Positions 8,446 to 17,657 of a stretch of 32,000 nucleotides of DNA are shown here, one piece after another. Position numbers and translations under genes: made by a program. The notes beneath the pieces are model-generated. The model ran no database searches. It saw nothing but the letters and a program-made list of their open reading frames with translations, and was not told the DNA's origin. Source of the DNA: Synechococcus sp. A15-28 (lineage in GTDB: Bacteria > Cyanobacteriota > Cyanobacteriia > PCC-6307 > Cyanobiaceae); the NCBI RefSeq assembly GCF_014280175.1, contig NZ_CP047931.1, positions 1,650,001 through 1,682,000 of the forward strand, read 5' to 3'. Each line of letters begins with the position of its first letter. Within the stretch, counting starts at the first letter, position 1.

Positions 8446-9632
8446 GCCTCAGACGCTACGGCGGACGCCAGCAACTGATCCATGGCGCGATCGCAATCCT
8501 CCACGAGGGCCTCGATCGGGTGTCCCTGCAACTGAGCCAACAGCAGCAACCCTCCAGCACCGACGCCCTCCTTGACGAACCCGTCTTCGTAATCACGCAA
8601 GGCGGGCTGCCGACTGGTGTGGAAACGGACGCCACTGGCCAGGCCCGCCAGGGACACACCGAAACGTTGGCCGACCTCGTCCAGCAAACAGCCCAGGGCC
8701 GACATCCCATGGCCGGAGATCGTTTCCTGCGCCAGCCATGCCGTTGAACCGATCAGCACCCGATCCGCCAGGGCCTGCCGCTGCTGATTCGGCAGGGATG
8801 CCAGCGCAAGGGCGACCACAGCAGCCATCTGGCTGCCCCCCCCCAGCAGCAACGGCTGACGGGCCGAGATCAACACGCCGGCGGCCACCGCCTGAAACGG
8901 ATCGCCAACGGCTGCCAATACAGCCTGGGGCGACGGGCTTCCAGACAACTGCGCCCGCTGCAATCCCTGCTCCACCAGCTGTTGTTTCAGCTGCTGTGGC
9001 GGTTGCCGGGCGCTGCCGCTGATCAGCCCCTGCACCGACACCCCAAGGCCTGTGAGCACCGCCTGCGCTGTGGTGGTTCCCCCTGGAACACATTCCGCCA
9101 GCAGGAGTGGACAGCGCAGTTGCGCACCAAGACGCATCCCCTGCTGCCAGAGGCCTTTCACACGCTCAGGCTCCATGGCCTGCCCAGTGGAGACACATAG
9201 TGCTGGACCGACTGCCGGGGACTCGAGGCGCAGGTGAGGGAAGGTCGCCTCATGCTCCAGACCCACGGCCGCCACTTGAGGCTGCATCGGAAGCCGCTGC
9301 AGCGCCACATGGCTCAGCAGAGCGGGCGAGACGCCAGCGGGAAGGGGGGGCAACGGCCAACGCCGGGTCTGACCTGGACCGTTGAGCAGCAGGTCGGCAT
9401 CGGCAAGGGCCGTCAGACGACGGGAAGCAGCGGTGGCTCCCGCCGCAGAAATCCCTTCCCACTCCGCAGTCCGCGTGGCCGCCAGCAACAACAACAGCTC
9501 AAAACTTGTCTCCCTCTGACGCCACGCATCGAGCTGGGCCTGCAACTGCCGTCGACTGCAGCCACTGCCGAGAATCAGGCAACCGGGCGGGAGCCCGTCC
9601 AGCTCAGAGGGGATCAAGGGCAACAAGTCCAT
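8442..9632 (-). CDS. CobT-like phosphoribosyltransferase homologue (TIGR00303 / UPF0284, DBI_PRT fold)
   Basis: The track ORF extends to 9713. ATG 9632 (MDLLPLIP...) is the first ATG that limits the overlap with the upstream gene to 29 nt, so the start is uncertain. Family-like motifs: LLLLLAATRTAEWEGISAAGAT, ECVPGGTTTAQAVL, LGGGSQMAAV. Confidence 0.72.
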   Translation of the reverse strand: MDLLPLIPSELDGLPPGCLILGSGCSRRQLQAQLDAWRQRETSFELLLLLAATRTAEWEGISAAGATAASRRLTALADADLLLNGPGQTRRWPLPPLPAGVSPALLSHVALQRLPMQPQVAAVGLEHEATFPHLRLESPAVGPALCVSTGQAMEPERVKGLWQQGMRLGAQLRCPLLLAECVPGGTTTAQAVLTGLGVSVQGLISGSARQPPQQLKQQLVEQGLQRAQLSGSPSPQAVLAAVGDPFQAVAAGVLISARQPLLLGGGSQMAAVVALALASLPNQQRQALADRVLIGSTAWLAQETISGHGMSALGCLLDEVGQRFGVSLAGLASGVRFHTSRQPALRDYEDGFVKEGVGAGGLLLLAQLQGHPIEALVEDCDRAMDQLLASAVASEA

Positions 9633-10257
9633 GCAGGAGCCGCGGCGGCTCTGGGATCGGGGCGTTGAGCCGGGGAAAGATCCAGTACGCCAGAGCATGG
9701 AGTGACAGCACATAGATCACCTCCTGCACCACAACAAGAGCAAGGGCCATCAACTGAACACTGGTGAGATCAGGGCTGATGGGTAACTGCAACAGCGCGA
9801 TCAGCCGCTCAAGCAGCCCCGCCCCGGCACGGGTGATCACCACCCACAGGTTTTCTCCGACAAGGAGCGACAACACCAGGACCCGCACCAGAAATCCAAC
9901 GCTGCCCAGCACCACGCCCACCGGCCAGCTCAACCACCAGCTGCGCCCATTGCCCCAGCTCCAACCCAACCACAGGGCCATCAGGCCATAGGGGAACAGC
10001 AGCAGAGGCCCGCGCACGGGGCCCATCAACGCTGTCATCAGCAACACAGCCAGCAACACCCCCTCAGCTCCCGACCGTCCACCACGGCGCAATTGCAGCA
10101 GGGAGAGGGGCAGCGGCAAGGCAAGACGAAAGAGCGCACCTCCCACCGGCAGGTAATACAACGCCAGCCAGATCAGCCCGGTGGTGGCCGCCAGATAAGC
10201 CCCCTCCACAAGCCGGAGAGCTTGGTGCCGACTCAGCTTGCGCGGCGGCTGCTTCAT
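9604..10257 (-). CDS. DUF2232-family integral membrane protein
   Basis: A 217-aa protein with about 6 hydrophobic helices. ATGA overlap with the upstream lipoprotein gene. The family assignment is from memory of cyanobacterial DUF2232 proteins. Confidence 0.6.
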   Translation of the reverse strand: MKQPPRKLSRHQALRLVEGAYLAATTGLIWLALYYLPVGGALFRLALPLPLSLLQLRRGGRSGAEGVLLAVLLMTALMGPVRGPLLLFPYGLMALWLGWSWGNGRSWWLSWPVGVVLGSVGFLVRVLVLSLLVGENLWVVITRAGAGLLERLIALLQLPISPDLTSVQLMALALVVVQEVIYVLSLHALAYWIFPRLNAPIPEPPRLLHGLVALDPL

Positions 10258-10664
10258 GGTGCGATCCGTTCGATCCGTTCTACGGAGAAGACAACGTCGG
10301 ACTGCCGCAAAGCCCGGGTGACCGCCTCTGCAGGCGCGGCCGGATCGGCACCGGCCAGGCGGATGGTGATGCGATAGGGCGCCGGTGGCTGCAGCGATTT
10401 GGTCATGGGCTCCGGTTCACCGATCGGGTTGACATCAGGGGCGACATCCGCAACGCCGTCTTCCTCAACGGTGTCGCCCCCTTCAAGCTCCTGTGGTCGA
10501 TCAGCAGGGTCCTGATCCAGCACAGGTTTATCAGGGACCTTTTCCGCAGTCTTGGCCACCGTGAGTTCAGGGGCGTCGAAGCTGCGCTGCAACTCCTCAG
10601 CCACCGGCGAGCCGGCACAGGCCTGCAGCAGCGCCAATGGGAGCAGCCAGACCAGGCGAGACAT
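10254..10664 (-). CDS. Small lipoprotein, conserved hypothetical (acidic/Pro-rich linker plus C-terminal compact domain)
   Basis: Signal peptide with lipobox [16 protein letters not shown]. Its ATG shares one base with the topA stop (TGATG). Confidence 0.6.
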   Translation of the reverse strand: MSRLVWLLPLALLQACAGSPVAEELQRSFDAPELTVAKTAEKVPDKPVLDQDPADRPQELEGGDTVEEDGVADVAPDVNPIGEPEPMTKSLQPPAPYRITIRLAGADPAAPAEAVTRALRQSDVVFSVERIERIAP

Positions 10665-13366
10665 CAGCTGTCGCCGGGTTTGATCACCCGAACGGCACTG
10701 GCCCGCAGCCGGCCGGTCTTGGTGGTGGCCGGTGGCTTCTTGGCAGCGGGCTTTTTCGCAGCCGGTTTCTTGGCCGGCGTTTTTTTGGCTGCCGTGGTCT
10801 TGCGGCTGCTCTTCTTGGCAGAGGCCTTGGCCGCCAGCAGTTCCACAGCTTCCTCCAGCGTGACGTCATCCGCCCCTTTGCCTTCGGGCAGGGAGGCATT
10901 GACCTTGCCCAGCTTGAGGTAGAGGCCGTAGGGACCGTCGTAGACCTGAATCGTCTCCTCGCTGCCCTCGGGATTGCCGAGATCCTTTAGCGCCGTCCTG
11001 CCGCCGCGGCCCCGTTTGGGCATGGCGAGCAGCTCCAAGGCACGACTGAGGCCCACGGCCAGAACATCGTCATCCCCCTTCAGGGAGCGGTAGTCCTTCT
11101 CACCTTTGCCCTTGTCCCAGACCACATAGGGCCCGAAACGCCCGAGACCGGCCTGCACCCGACCACCATCGGGATGTTCCCCCAGCAAACGGGGGAGACG
11201 CAGGAGCCCAAGGGCATCGTCCAGCGTCAGATCCTCTGGCTTCTGCCCCTTGGGCAGCGAGGCACGCTTGGGCTTTGGATTCTCGTCACTGACCTGACCG
11301 CGCTGCACATAGGGCCCGTACTGACCGAAGAGCAGGTACACCAGGTCCCCCGTTTCCGGGTCCTCGCCGATGGCTTCCGGACCATCCGCCTTCTGCTTCA
11401 GGATCAGTTCCGCCTGGTCCGAGTCCAGGTCCGCCGGTGTGATCTCCCGAGGCAGGGTGGCCTTGATCAGCTCCTCCTCGCCGTCATCGCTGACCCGTTT
11501 GGCCTCGAGGTAGGCACCGAAACGACCGATGCGCACGACGCAGGACAGTCCCTCGAGATCCACGGTGCGGGAAGCACCGGGATCGATGTCCCCCTCCCGC
11601 TGCTGTACCTGAGTCTCCAGACCTTCATCCCCTTTGAAGAATGTCTCCAGGTAGGGCAGCCACTCCACCTTGCCGTGGGAGATCTCGTCGAGGGTGTTCT
11701 CCATTCGAGCCGTGAAGCTCGTGTCAACCAGATCCGGGAAATGCTCCTCCAGCAGAGCGGTCACAGCAAAGGCCGTGAAGCTGGGGGTCAGGGCATTGCC
11801 CTGCAGGGTGGAGTAACCGCGATCAACAATCGTGCCAATAATCGAGGCATAGGTGGAGGGGCGTCCGATTCCTTCCTTTTCCAGCATTTTCACCAGGGAG
11901 GCTTCGCTGAAACGGGCAGGCGGCTGGGTCTGGTGACCGAGAGGTTCCACCTGCTTTGGAACAGGGGCATCACCCACCGCCAGAGCGGGCAGGAGCACTT
12001 CCTGGCCCTCAAGGGCCGCATCGGGGTCATCACTGCCCTCGACGTAGGCGCGAAAGAAGCCGGGGAAATCGATCCGCTTGCCGCTGGCTCGGAAGCTGGC
12101 CTCTCCAGAGCTGAGATCGATCGACAGCATGGTCAGCCGTGCTTCCGCCATCTGGCTGGCAACGGTGCGTTTCCAGATGAGGTCATAGACCGCCAGATCA
12201 CGGCCCTCCAACCCGGTGTCCCCAGGGGTGCGGAAGCTCTCGCCGGAGGGGCGGATCGCCTCATGAGCCTCCTGGGCATTGCGTGCCTTGGTGCTGAATT
12301 GACGCGGCCCCTTGCTCAGATAGTCCTTGCCGTAAAGGCTCTCCACACAGCTGCGGGAGGCGCTGATCGCCTGATCGGAAAGGTGAACCGAGTCGGTTCG
12401 CATGTAGGTGATGAAACCGCGCTCGTAAAGGCCCTGGGCGCAGCGCATCGTTTCCCGCGCTGAGAGGCGCAGCTTGCGGTTCGCCTCCTGCTGCAGGGTG
12501 CTTGTGGTGAACGGCGGCACCGGCTTACGGACCGTTGGTTTCTCCTCCACCGCATCCACGGACCAGGCAGCGGTCTGAACCGTTTGCGCCAGGGAGCGGG
12601 CCTCCTCTTCCGTCAGCAGACGCACCTCGCTGCCTTCCTTCAGGCCACCGGTGCTTTCGTCGAAGTCGTTACCGGTGGCGATTCGGCGGCCATCCAGATG
12701 GGTCAGCTTGGCCTCAAACCCGCTGCCGGCATGCTCGAGCTGGGCTTTGAGGTCCCAGTAACTACCGCTGCGGAAGGCCCGCCGGGCCCGTTCCCGCTGC
12801 ACCAGCAGACGAACAGCGACCGATTGAACCCGGCCAGCAGACAGTCCCCATGCCACCTTCTTCCACAGGAGAGGCGAGAGGGTGTAACCCACCAGACGAT
12901 CCAGGATCCGGCGCGTCTCCTGGGCATGAACGAGCTCCATGTCCAGATCACGGGTCTGGTCCAGGGCTTTGCCGATGGCTTCTTTGGTGATCTCGTGGAA
13001 CACCATCCGTTTCACCGGAACCTTGGGGGCCAGCAGTTGCAGCAGGTGCCAGCTGATGCTTTCCCCTTCGCGATCTTCGTCCGTGGCCAGCAGCAGCTGA
13101 TCCGCACCCTTCAATGCATCTTTGAGTTCCCGCACCACCTTCTTCTTGTCCTTCGGCACCACGTAGAGGGGCTCGAAGTCGGCTTCGGTATTGACGCCAA
13201 GGTTGGCCCACTTCTGGCCCTTCGCGGACGCTGGGATCTCGCTGGCGTTGTTGGGGAGATCCCGCACATGGCCCATCGACGCCTCGACCTTGAATCCCTT
13301 CGGAAGGAAGCCGCGAATGGTGCGGGCCTTCGTAGGGCTTTCAACAATGACGAGGGTGTGCGCCAC
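10664..13366 (-). CDS. topA: DNA topoisomerase I (type IA) with Cys-free C-terminal repeats and a Lys-rich tail
   Basis: GTG start (GTG GCG CAC ACC). [18 protein letters not shown] and active-site [11 protein letters not shown]-terminal GxxGxY repeats ([32 protein letters not shown]) and an AKKP-repeat tail. Confidence 0.98.
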   Translation of the reverse strand: MAHTLVIVESPTKARTIRGFLPKGFKVEASMGHVRDLPNNASEIPASAKGQKWANLGVNTEADFEPLYVVPKDKKKVVRELKDALKGADQLLLATDEDREGESISWHLLQLLAPKVPVKRMVFHEITKEAIGKALDQTRDLDMELVHAQETRRILDRLVGYTLSPLLWKKVAWGLSAGRVQSVAVRLLVQRERARRAFRSGSYWDLKAQLEHAGSGFEAKLTHLDGRRIATGNDFDESTGGLKEGSEVRLLTEEEARSLAQTVQTAAWSVDAVEEKPTVRKPVPPFTTSTLQQEANRKLRLSARETMRCAQGLYERGFITYMRTDSVHLSDQAISASRSCVESLYGKDYLSKGPRQFSTKARNAQEAHEAIRPSGESFRTPGDTGLEGRDLAVYDLIWKRTVASQMAEARLTMLSIDLSSGEASFRASGKRIDFPGFFRAYVEGSDDPDAALEGQEVLLPALAVGDAPVPKQVEPLGHQTQPPARFSEASLVKMLEKEGIGRPSTYASIIGTIVDRGYSTLQGNALTPSFTAFAVTALLEEHFPDLVDTSFTARMENTLDEISHGKVEWLPYLETFFKGDEGLETQVQQREGDIDPGASRTVDLEGLSCVVRIGRFGAYLEAKRVSDDGEEELIKATLPREITPADLDSDQAELILKQKADGPEAIGEDPETGDLVYLLFGQYGPYVQRGQVSDENPKPKRASLPKGQKPEDLTLDDALGLLRLPRLLGEHPDGGRVQAGLGRFGPYVVWDKGKGEKDYRSLKGDDDVLAVGLSRALELLAMPKRGRGGRTALKDLGNPEGSEETIQVYDGPYGLYLKLGKVNASLPEGKGADDVTLEEAVELLAAKASAKKSSRKTTAAKKTPAKKPAAKKPAAKKPPATTKTGRLRASAVRVIKPGDS

Positions 13367-13478
13367 AGGCGGGCCAAGAACCGTGCTCCTTCTTTATCGC
13401 ACCGCCAAGCGCTCTGCATGAGCAGTCCTGCTGAGGAGCGCCGCTACAGTCCCCTCAGCGCAACGGATTCAGGCCGCC

Positions 13479-15050
13479 ATGCCCGAGATGGGTGTCTTTC
13501 TTCTCGCCGCCCAGGCCATGGCAGCCCCTGGTGAGCTTCTCAACCTCTCCCTCAACGCCACGGCTGTGTTGCCGGAGGGGGCGGTGCTGCTGGCGATGAT
13601 CGCCACACTGCTGGTGGATCTGGCCGGCGAAAAGGTTGCTGCACGCTGGGTTCCTCCCATCTGCTACGCGGGTCTTGGAACAGCGCTTCTGATGCTGGCC
13701 CTGCAATGGAATTCCCCGGTTGAGAGCTCCTTTCTCGGGGCGTTCCTGGCGGACAACCTCGCCGTGGCCTTTCGAGCGGTCATTGCCCTCTCCACCCTTC
13801 TGTCCCTGCTGATCAGCTGGCGCTACGCCGAGCAGAGCGGCACTCCGGTCGGTGAGTACGCAGCGATTCTGCTGGCGGCCACCCTCGGGGCGATGTTGCT
13901 TTGCGGGGCAACGGATCTGGTGAGTGTCTTCATCTCGCTGGAGACCCTTTCGGTGGCCAGTTATCTGCTGTCGGGCTACATGAAGCGCGATGCCCGCAGT
14001 TCAGAAGCAGCGCTGAAGTACCTGCTCGTGGGATCCGCTGCAGCCGCTGTCTTTCTCTACGGATCCTCCCTTCTTTACGGACTCAGTGGCAGCACCAGCC
14101 TGGAGGCCATCGGTGTTGCCCTCCAGACCAGCGCCACACCCGTAGCGGCATTGTCCCTGGTGTTTGTTCTGGCAACGGTTGCGTTCAAGATTGCGGCCGT
14201 TCCCTTCCACCAGTGGACACCGGATGTCTATGAGGGCTCTCCCACGCCGGTGGTGGCTTTCCTCTCTGTTGGATCCAAGGCGGCAGGATTCGCCCTCGCC
14301 TTGCGGATCCTGGTGGGTTGCTTCGGAGCTTTCGACGGGCAGTGGAAACTGTTGTTCACCGTTCTTGCGGTGCTCAGCATGACCCTGGGCAACGTTGTGG
14401 CACTGGCCCAGACCTCGATGAAGCGAATGCTGGCCTACAGCTCGATTGGTCAGGCCGGTTTCGTCATGATCGGGATGGTCTGCGGCACCGAGGACGGCTT
14501 CGCGGCCATGGTCCTTTACATGGCGGCGTACCTGTTCATGAACCTCGGGGCCTTCGCCTGCATCATCCTGTTCTCAATCCGCACGGGCAGTGACAGGATT
14601 TCTGATTACGCCGGCCTTTACCAAAAGGATCCACTGATCACCCTTGGACTCAGCCTCTGCCTGCTTTCACTGGGAGGCATCCCGCCGATGCTGGGTTTCT
14701 TCGGGAAGATCTACCTGTTCTTTGCCGGCTGGGCTGATCATCAATATCTACTGGTGGTCGTCGGATTGATCACCTCAGTGGTGTCGATCTATTACTACCT
14801 CTCGGTGATCAAGATGATGGTGGTCAAAGAACCCCAGGAAGCTTCCGACATCGTCAAGGCCTATCCAGATGTGAACTGGTCGGTGATGGGGATGCAGCCC
14901 CTGAGGGTCGCTCTGATCGGCTGTGTCGCTGTTACAGCCGTGGGTGGCATCCTTTCCAACCCTTTGTTCCAGTGGGCCAACACGGCTGTGACCAGCAGCC
15001 CGTTGCTGCAGGAAGCCATCGCTCAATCCGCACAACGGGGCCTTGGCTGA
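13479..15050 (+). CDS. ndhB: NAD(P)H-quinone oxidoreductase (NDH-1) subunit 2
   Basis: [34 protein letters not shown] is a typical picocyanobacterial NdhB N-terminus. It is a 523-aa polytopic antiporter-like subunit. Confidence 0.97.
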   Translation: MPEMGVFLLAAQAMAAPGELLNLSLNATAVLPEGAVLLAMIATLLVDLAGEKVAARWVPPICYAGLGTALLMLALQWNSPVESSFLGAFLADNLAVAFRAVIALSTLLSLLISWRYAEQSGTPVGEYAAILLAATLGAMLLCGATDLVSVFISLETLSVASYLLSGYMKRDARSSEAALKYLLVGSAAAAVFLYGSSLLYGLSGSTSLEAIGVALQTSATPVAALSLVFVLATVAFKIAAVPFHQWTPDVYEGSPTPVVAFLSVGSKAAGFALALRILVGCFGAFDGQWKLLFTVLAVLSMTLGNVVALAQTSMKRMLAYSSIGQAGFVMIGMVCGTEDGFAAMVLYMAAYLFMNLGAFACIILFSIRTGSDRISDYAGLYQKDPLITLGLSLCLLSLGGIPPMLGFFGKIYLFFAGWADHQYLLVVVGLITSVVSIYYYLSVIKMMVVKEPQEASDIVKAYPDVNWSVMGMQPLRVALIGCVAVTAVGGILSNPLFQWANTAVTSSPLLQEAIAQSAQRGLG

Positions 15051-15759
15051 ATCATCCCCTCAAGCTGTCGCTGAGCTGAGGGGCGTCAGCAAGGTCTATG
15101 GACAGGGTGATCTTGAAGTCAGAGCGCTGGACCGACTCGATCTCACTGTTCACAGCGGCGATTACCTGGCGGTGATGGGGGCAAGCGGATCAGGCAAGAG
15201 CACGGCCATGAACATTCTTGGCTGCCTGGATCGGCCAACCGGTGGTCGTTACCGGCTCAACGGCATCGCCGTTGAGCAGCTCGATGACGATGCGCTGGCC
15301 GACCTGCGCAACCAGTCATTGGGATTCGTGTTTCAGCAATTCCATCTGCTTCCCCACGCATCAGCGATGGAGAACGTGATGCTGCCGATGGTCTATGCCG
15401 GAATCCCCTTGGAAGAGCGCAGGGAACGGGCGGCTTCAGCGCTGGATCGCGTCGGCCTGAGTCAACGACTGGACAATCGTCCCAACCAGCTCTCAGGCGG
15501 CCAACAGCAGAGGGTTGCCATCGCGAGAGCCATCATCAATCGCCCGAGTCTTCTCTTGGCGGACGAACCCACCGGTGCCCTCGACTCCAACACCACGGCC
15601 GAAGTGCTGGAACTGTTTGACGAACTTCATCAGCAGGGAATCACCCTGGTGATGGTGACCCATGAAGACGATGTGGCAGCTCGTGCCCATCGCATTGCCC
15701 GTTTTCAGGATGGCCGCATCTTGCACGATGAATGGAATAAAAAATCTCTGGTTCATTGA
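15043..15759 (+). CDS. ABC transporter ATP-binding protein, MacB/LolD/DevA-like, with no adjacent permease
   Basis: Walker [11 protein letters not shown]-loop, signature [14 protein letters not shown], Walker [13 protein letters not shown], and H-loop VTHE. The only canonical start upstream of the conserved N-terminus is TTG 15043, which overlaps the ndhB stop (TTGGCTGA). Confidence 0.92.
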   Translation: MAESSPQAVAELRGVSKVYGQGDLEVRALDRLDLTVHSGDYLAVMGASGSGKSTAMNILGCLDRPTGGRYRLNGIAVEQLDDDALADLRNQSLGFVFQQFHLLPHASAMENVMLPMVYAGIPLEERRERAASALDRVGLSQRLDNRPNQLSGGQQQRVAIARAIINRPSLLLADEPTGALDSNTTAEVLELFDELHQQGITLVMVTHEDDVAARAHRIARFQDGRILHDEWNKKSLVH

Positions 15760-16154
15760 TGCCACAATCGTCGAAACAACTGATGGTTGCTGTTGTCGAA
15801 GACGACCCTCGTATCGGAGAGTTGATCCGAGAGGAAGTCTGCGACGAAGGTCACCTCTGCCAGGGATACTTGACAGCTGAATCCTTTCTTGAGGAGGCGG
15901 ACAACCTCAACCCAGATCTTGTGTTGTTGGATCTGATGCTTCCTGGAGTGGATGGTCTTGAATGCCTTCGTCGGCTAAGAGAGTTACCACGGTTGCAAAG
16001 GTGTCCCGTCGTAATCGTTACCGCATTAAATGACGCCGCTAAGCGACGTGAAGCACAAAAGCTGGGGGCCTTTGATTACATCCTCAAACCTGATTTATTT
16101 GATCAGCTTCCTCAATTGCTTGCATCCCTGGCGCAGCAATCCTTGGAACAGTAA
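15759..16154 (+). CDS. Single-domain (CheY-like) response regulator receiver protein
   Basis: The track start is TTG 15756. ATG 15759 shares one base with the ABC ATPase stop (TGATG). Receiver residues are intact: VVEDDP, LVLLDLMLPGVDG (phospho-Asp), VIVTAL, ILKP. Confidence 0.85.
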   Translation: MPQSSKQLMVAVVEDDPRIGELIREEVCDEGHLCQGYLTAESFLEEADNLNPDLVLLDLMLPGVDGLECLRRLRELPRLQRCPVVIVTALNDAAKRREAQKLGAFDYILKPDLFDQLPQLLASLAQQSLEQ

Positions 16155-17172
16155 AGACAACAGCCAGACAGGGAGCATCGTCCGCGCCAGACCAACGGCA
16201 CGTCAGCTCCCCGTTCCAGGCCTCCACCAACTGACGCACCAGGGGAAACTCCAAGTCCAGACCTTCGGTTGAGCGACCTTTCACCATGACGCGACAGATC
16301 TGATGAGCTGCATCGATCGCGACCGTGAGGCCTACCCCCACGGGTCCGTCGTGATCGCCTATGTCCAGAAGATTGTCGAGCACGAGATGCAAGGCATTCA
16401 CATCGACCAGAACCCAACAGTCGGCGAGTTCAGCACCTGGCTCCAACTGCACCCTGTGGCGTTGATCGTCCGGCAATTTCTGATGCCATTGCTCCAGCAA
16501 GGGCAAAAGAGGGGCCTGCACAAGCCCAGGCAAAGAGCTGCCGATTTCAAGCTGGGTCGCCAGGGTCAGCGTCTTCAGCAGGCGATTGATCCGGCTGACC
16601 TCCTCACAGGACATGCGGATGCTGCGCATGACCCGTTCAGGAAGGGTTTCAAAGCGACTTAAACGTTTCAGACATCCCGTGAGAATGGCCAGAGGGGTAC
16701 GCAGTTCGTGGCTGAGATGAACCATGAACTGCCGCTGTTGCATGAGGGCCTGTTCCTCTGGGCCAAGATCACGCCAGGTCACCAGCAGATACGACGCCTG
16801 CACCAGCTCAACCGGTTTCCAGACCACCATCTGATGATCTGTTCGTCGCCCATCGCTGAGTTCAAGAACGAATCGCCCCTGACCCGATGTTGATGGCAGC
16901 AGAACCTGCGGATCCATCAGCGGAGGTGGATCCTGCATTGATTCATCGGGAACCAGGCCACGGATCAGATGCCCCAGATCACGATTCACCACCTGAATCG
17001 GCACCCCCTCCACCAAGGAAGACGCCGATGCCTGATTCGCCCAGTGAATCCTCCGTTGGGCATCGATGATCACCATTGCTTCGGAGGCGGCATCAAACGC
17101 CACCTGCAGCATTCCCAGCGATTGACGAAGCTGGCCGACAAGCGGGGAATCAGAAGAGAACGATGTGCTCAC
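16084..17172 (-). CDS. PAS-domain sensor histidine kinase with a degenerate, shortened ATP-binding (CA) domain
   Basis: GTG start at 17172, with an alternative ATG at 17112. N-terminal PAS (AFDAASEAMVIIDAQRRIHWANQA) and a canonical H-box FMVHLSHELRTPLAIL. The C-terminal region has only LDNLLDIG in place of the N-box and VKGRSTEGLDLEF in place of separate G1 and G2 boxes. No TM segment, so it is predicted to be soluble. Confidence 0.8.
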   Translation of the reverse strand: MSTSFSSDSPLVGQLRQSLGMLQVAFDAASEAMVIIDAQRRIHWANQASASSLVEGVPIQVVNRDLGHLIRGLVPDESMQDPPPLMDPQVLLPSTSGQGRFVLELSDGRRTDHQMVVWKPVELVQASYLLVTWRDLGPEEQALMQQRQFMVHLSHELRTPLAILTGCLKRLSRFETLPERVMRSIRMSCEEVSRINRLLKTLTLATQLEIGSSLPGLVQAPLLPLLEQWHQKLPDDQRHRVQLEPGAELADCWVLVDVNALHLVLDNLLDIGDHDGPVGVGLTVAIDAAHQICRVMVKGRSTEGLDLEFPLVRQLVEAWNGELTCRWSGADDAPCLAVVFTVPRIAAPGMQAIEEADQINQV

Positions 17173-17185
17173 AACAAACCAACAC

Positions 17186-17572
17186 CTAATCCTCGTCTGG
17201 CAAAGGTTTCAACGTGGCAGCGAAGGACCATGTGCCATTGCGATCTTTCTCGGCAACGATGTAATGCTCGCTCACGATCGCCTCTCCGTTCGCACAGAAC
17301 GTGGCCAATTTCAACGGGTGATTCAAGACCCTGGATTCCTCGGTGAGCTTGAAACGTGCAAACCCTGAATGGTGCGAGTCACGGAAACTCGGGGGCAAAA
17401 TCAGCCCCAGCGACTGACCCAGGAGTTGGTCGTCACGCCAGCGATACACCTCGCGAAACCGCTGATTGATCTCACAAACCACACCCGAAGCTTCAGCACG
17501 GACAAAGGGAAGATCCTGCTGTTCACGCAGTTGACGAATCGAATCCTCGGTCCATGACTGCTGGGAAACCAT
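17186..17572 (-). CDS. Stand-alone PAS-domain protein
   Basis: The track ORF starts at GTG 17614, and ATG 17572 (MVSQQSWTEDSIRQL...) is the likely start. PAS-like core VVCEINQRFREVYRWRDDQLLGQSLGLILP...HYIVAEKDRNGTW. It lies 13 nt upstream of the kinase gene on the same strand. Confidence 0.7.
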   Translation of the reverse strand: MVSQQSWTEDSIRQLREQQDLPFVRAEASGVVCEINQRFREVYRWRDDQLLGQSLGLILPPSFRDSHHSGFARFKLTEESRVLNHPLKLATFCANGEAIVSEHYIVAEKDRNGTWSFAATLKPLPDED

Positions 17573-17657
17573 CACCGAGAACCATTGAGGCAATTTTAGT
17601 GATCCCTGCAGCACTGCATACGGGATTGTCTAAGTTGAACAAAGGTTCTTTCCCTTG

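Noticed and set aside
13409-13441. Imperfect hairpin (GCGCTC...AGCAG/CTGCT...GAGCGC) in the topA/ndhB divergent spacer
   Set aside because: The stems are short and interrupted, the inner loop is too small, and it is no stronger than expected by chance in GC-rich DNA. I cannot support a riboswitch or ncRNA call.
11174-13534. 429-aa and 316-aa plus-strand ORFs antisense to topA
   Set aside because: The minus strand encodes a complete 900-aa topoisomerase I. The antisense ORFs have no motifs and show typical shadow-ORF composition.
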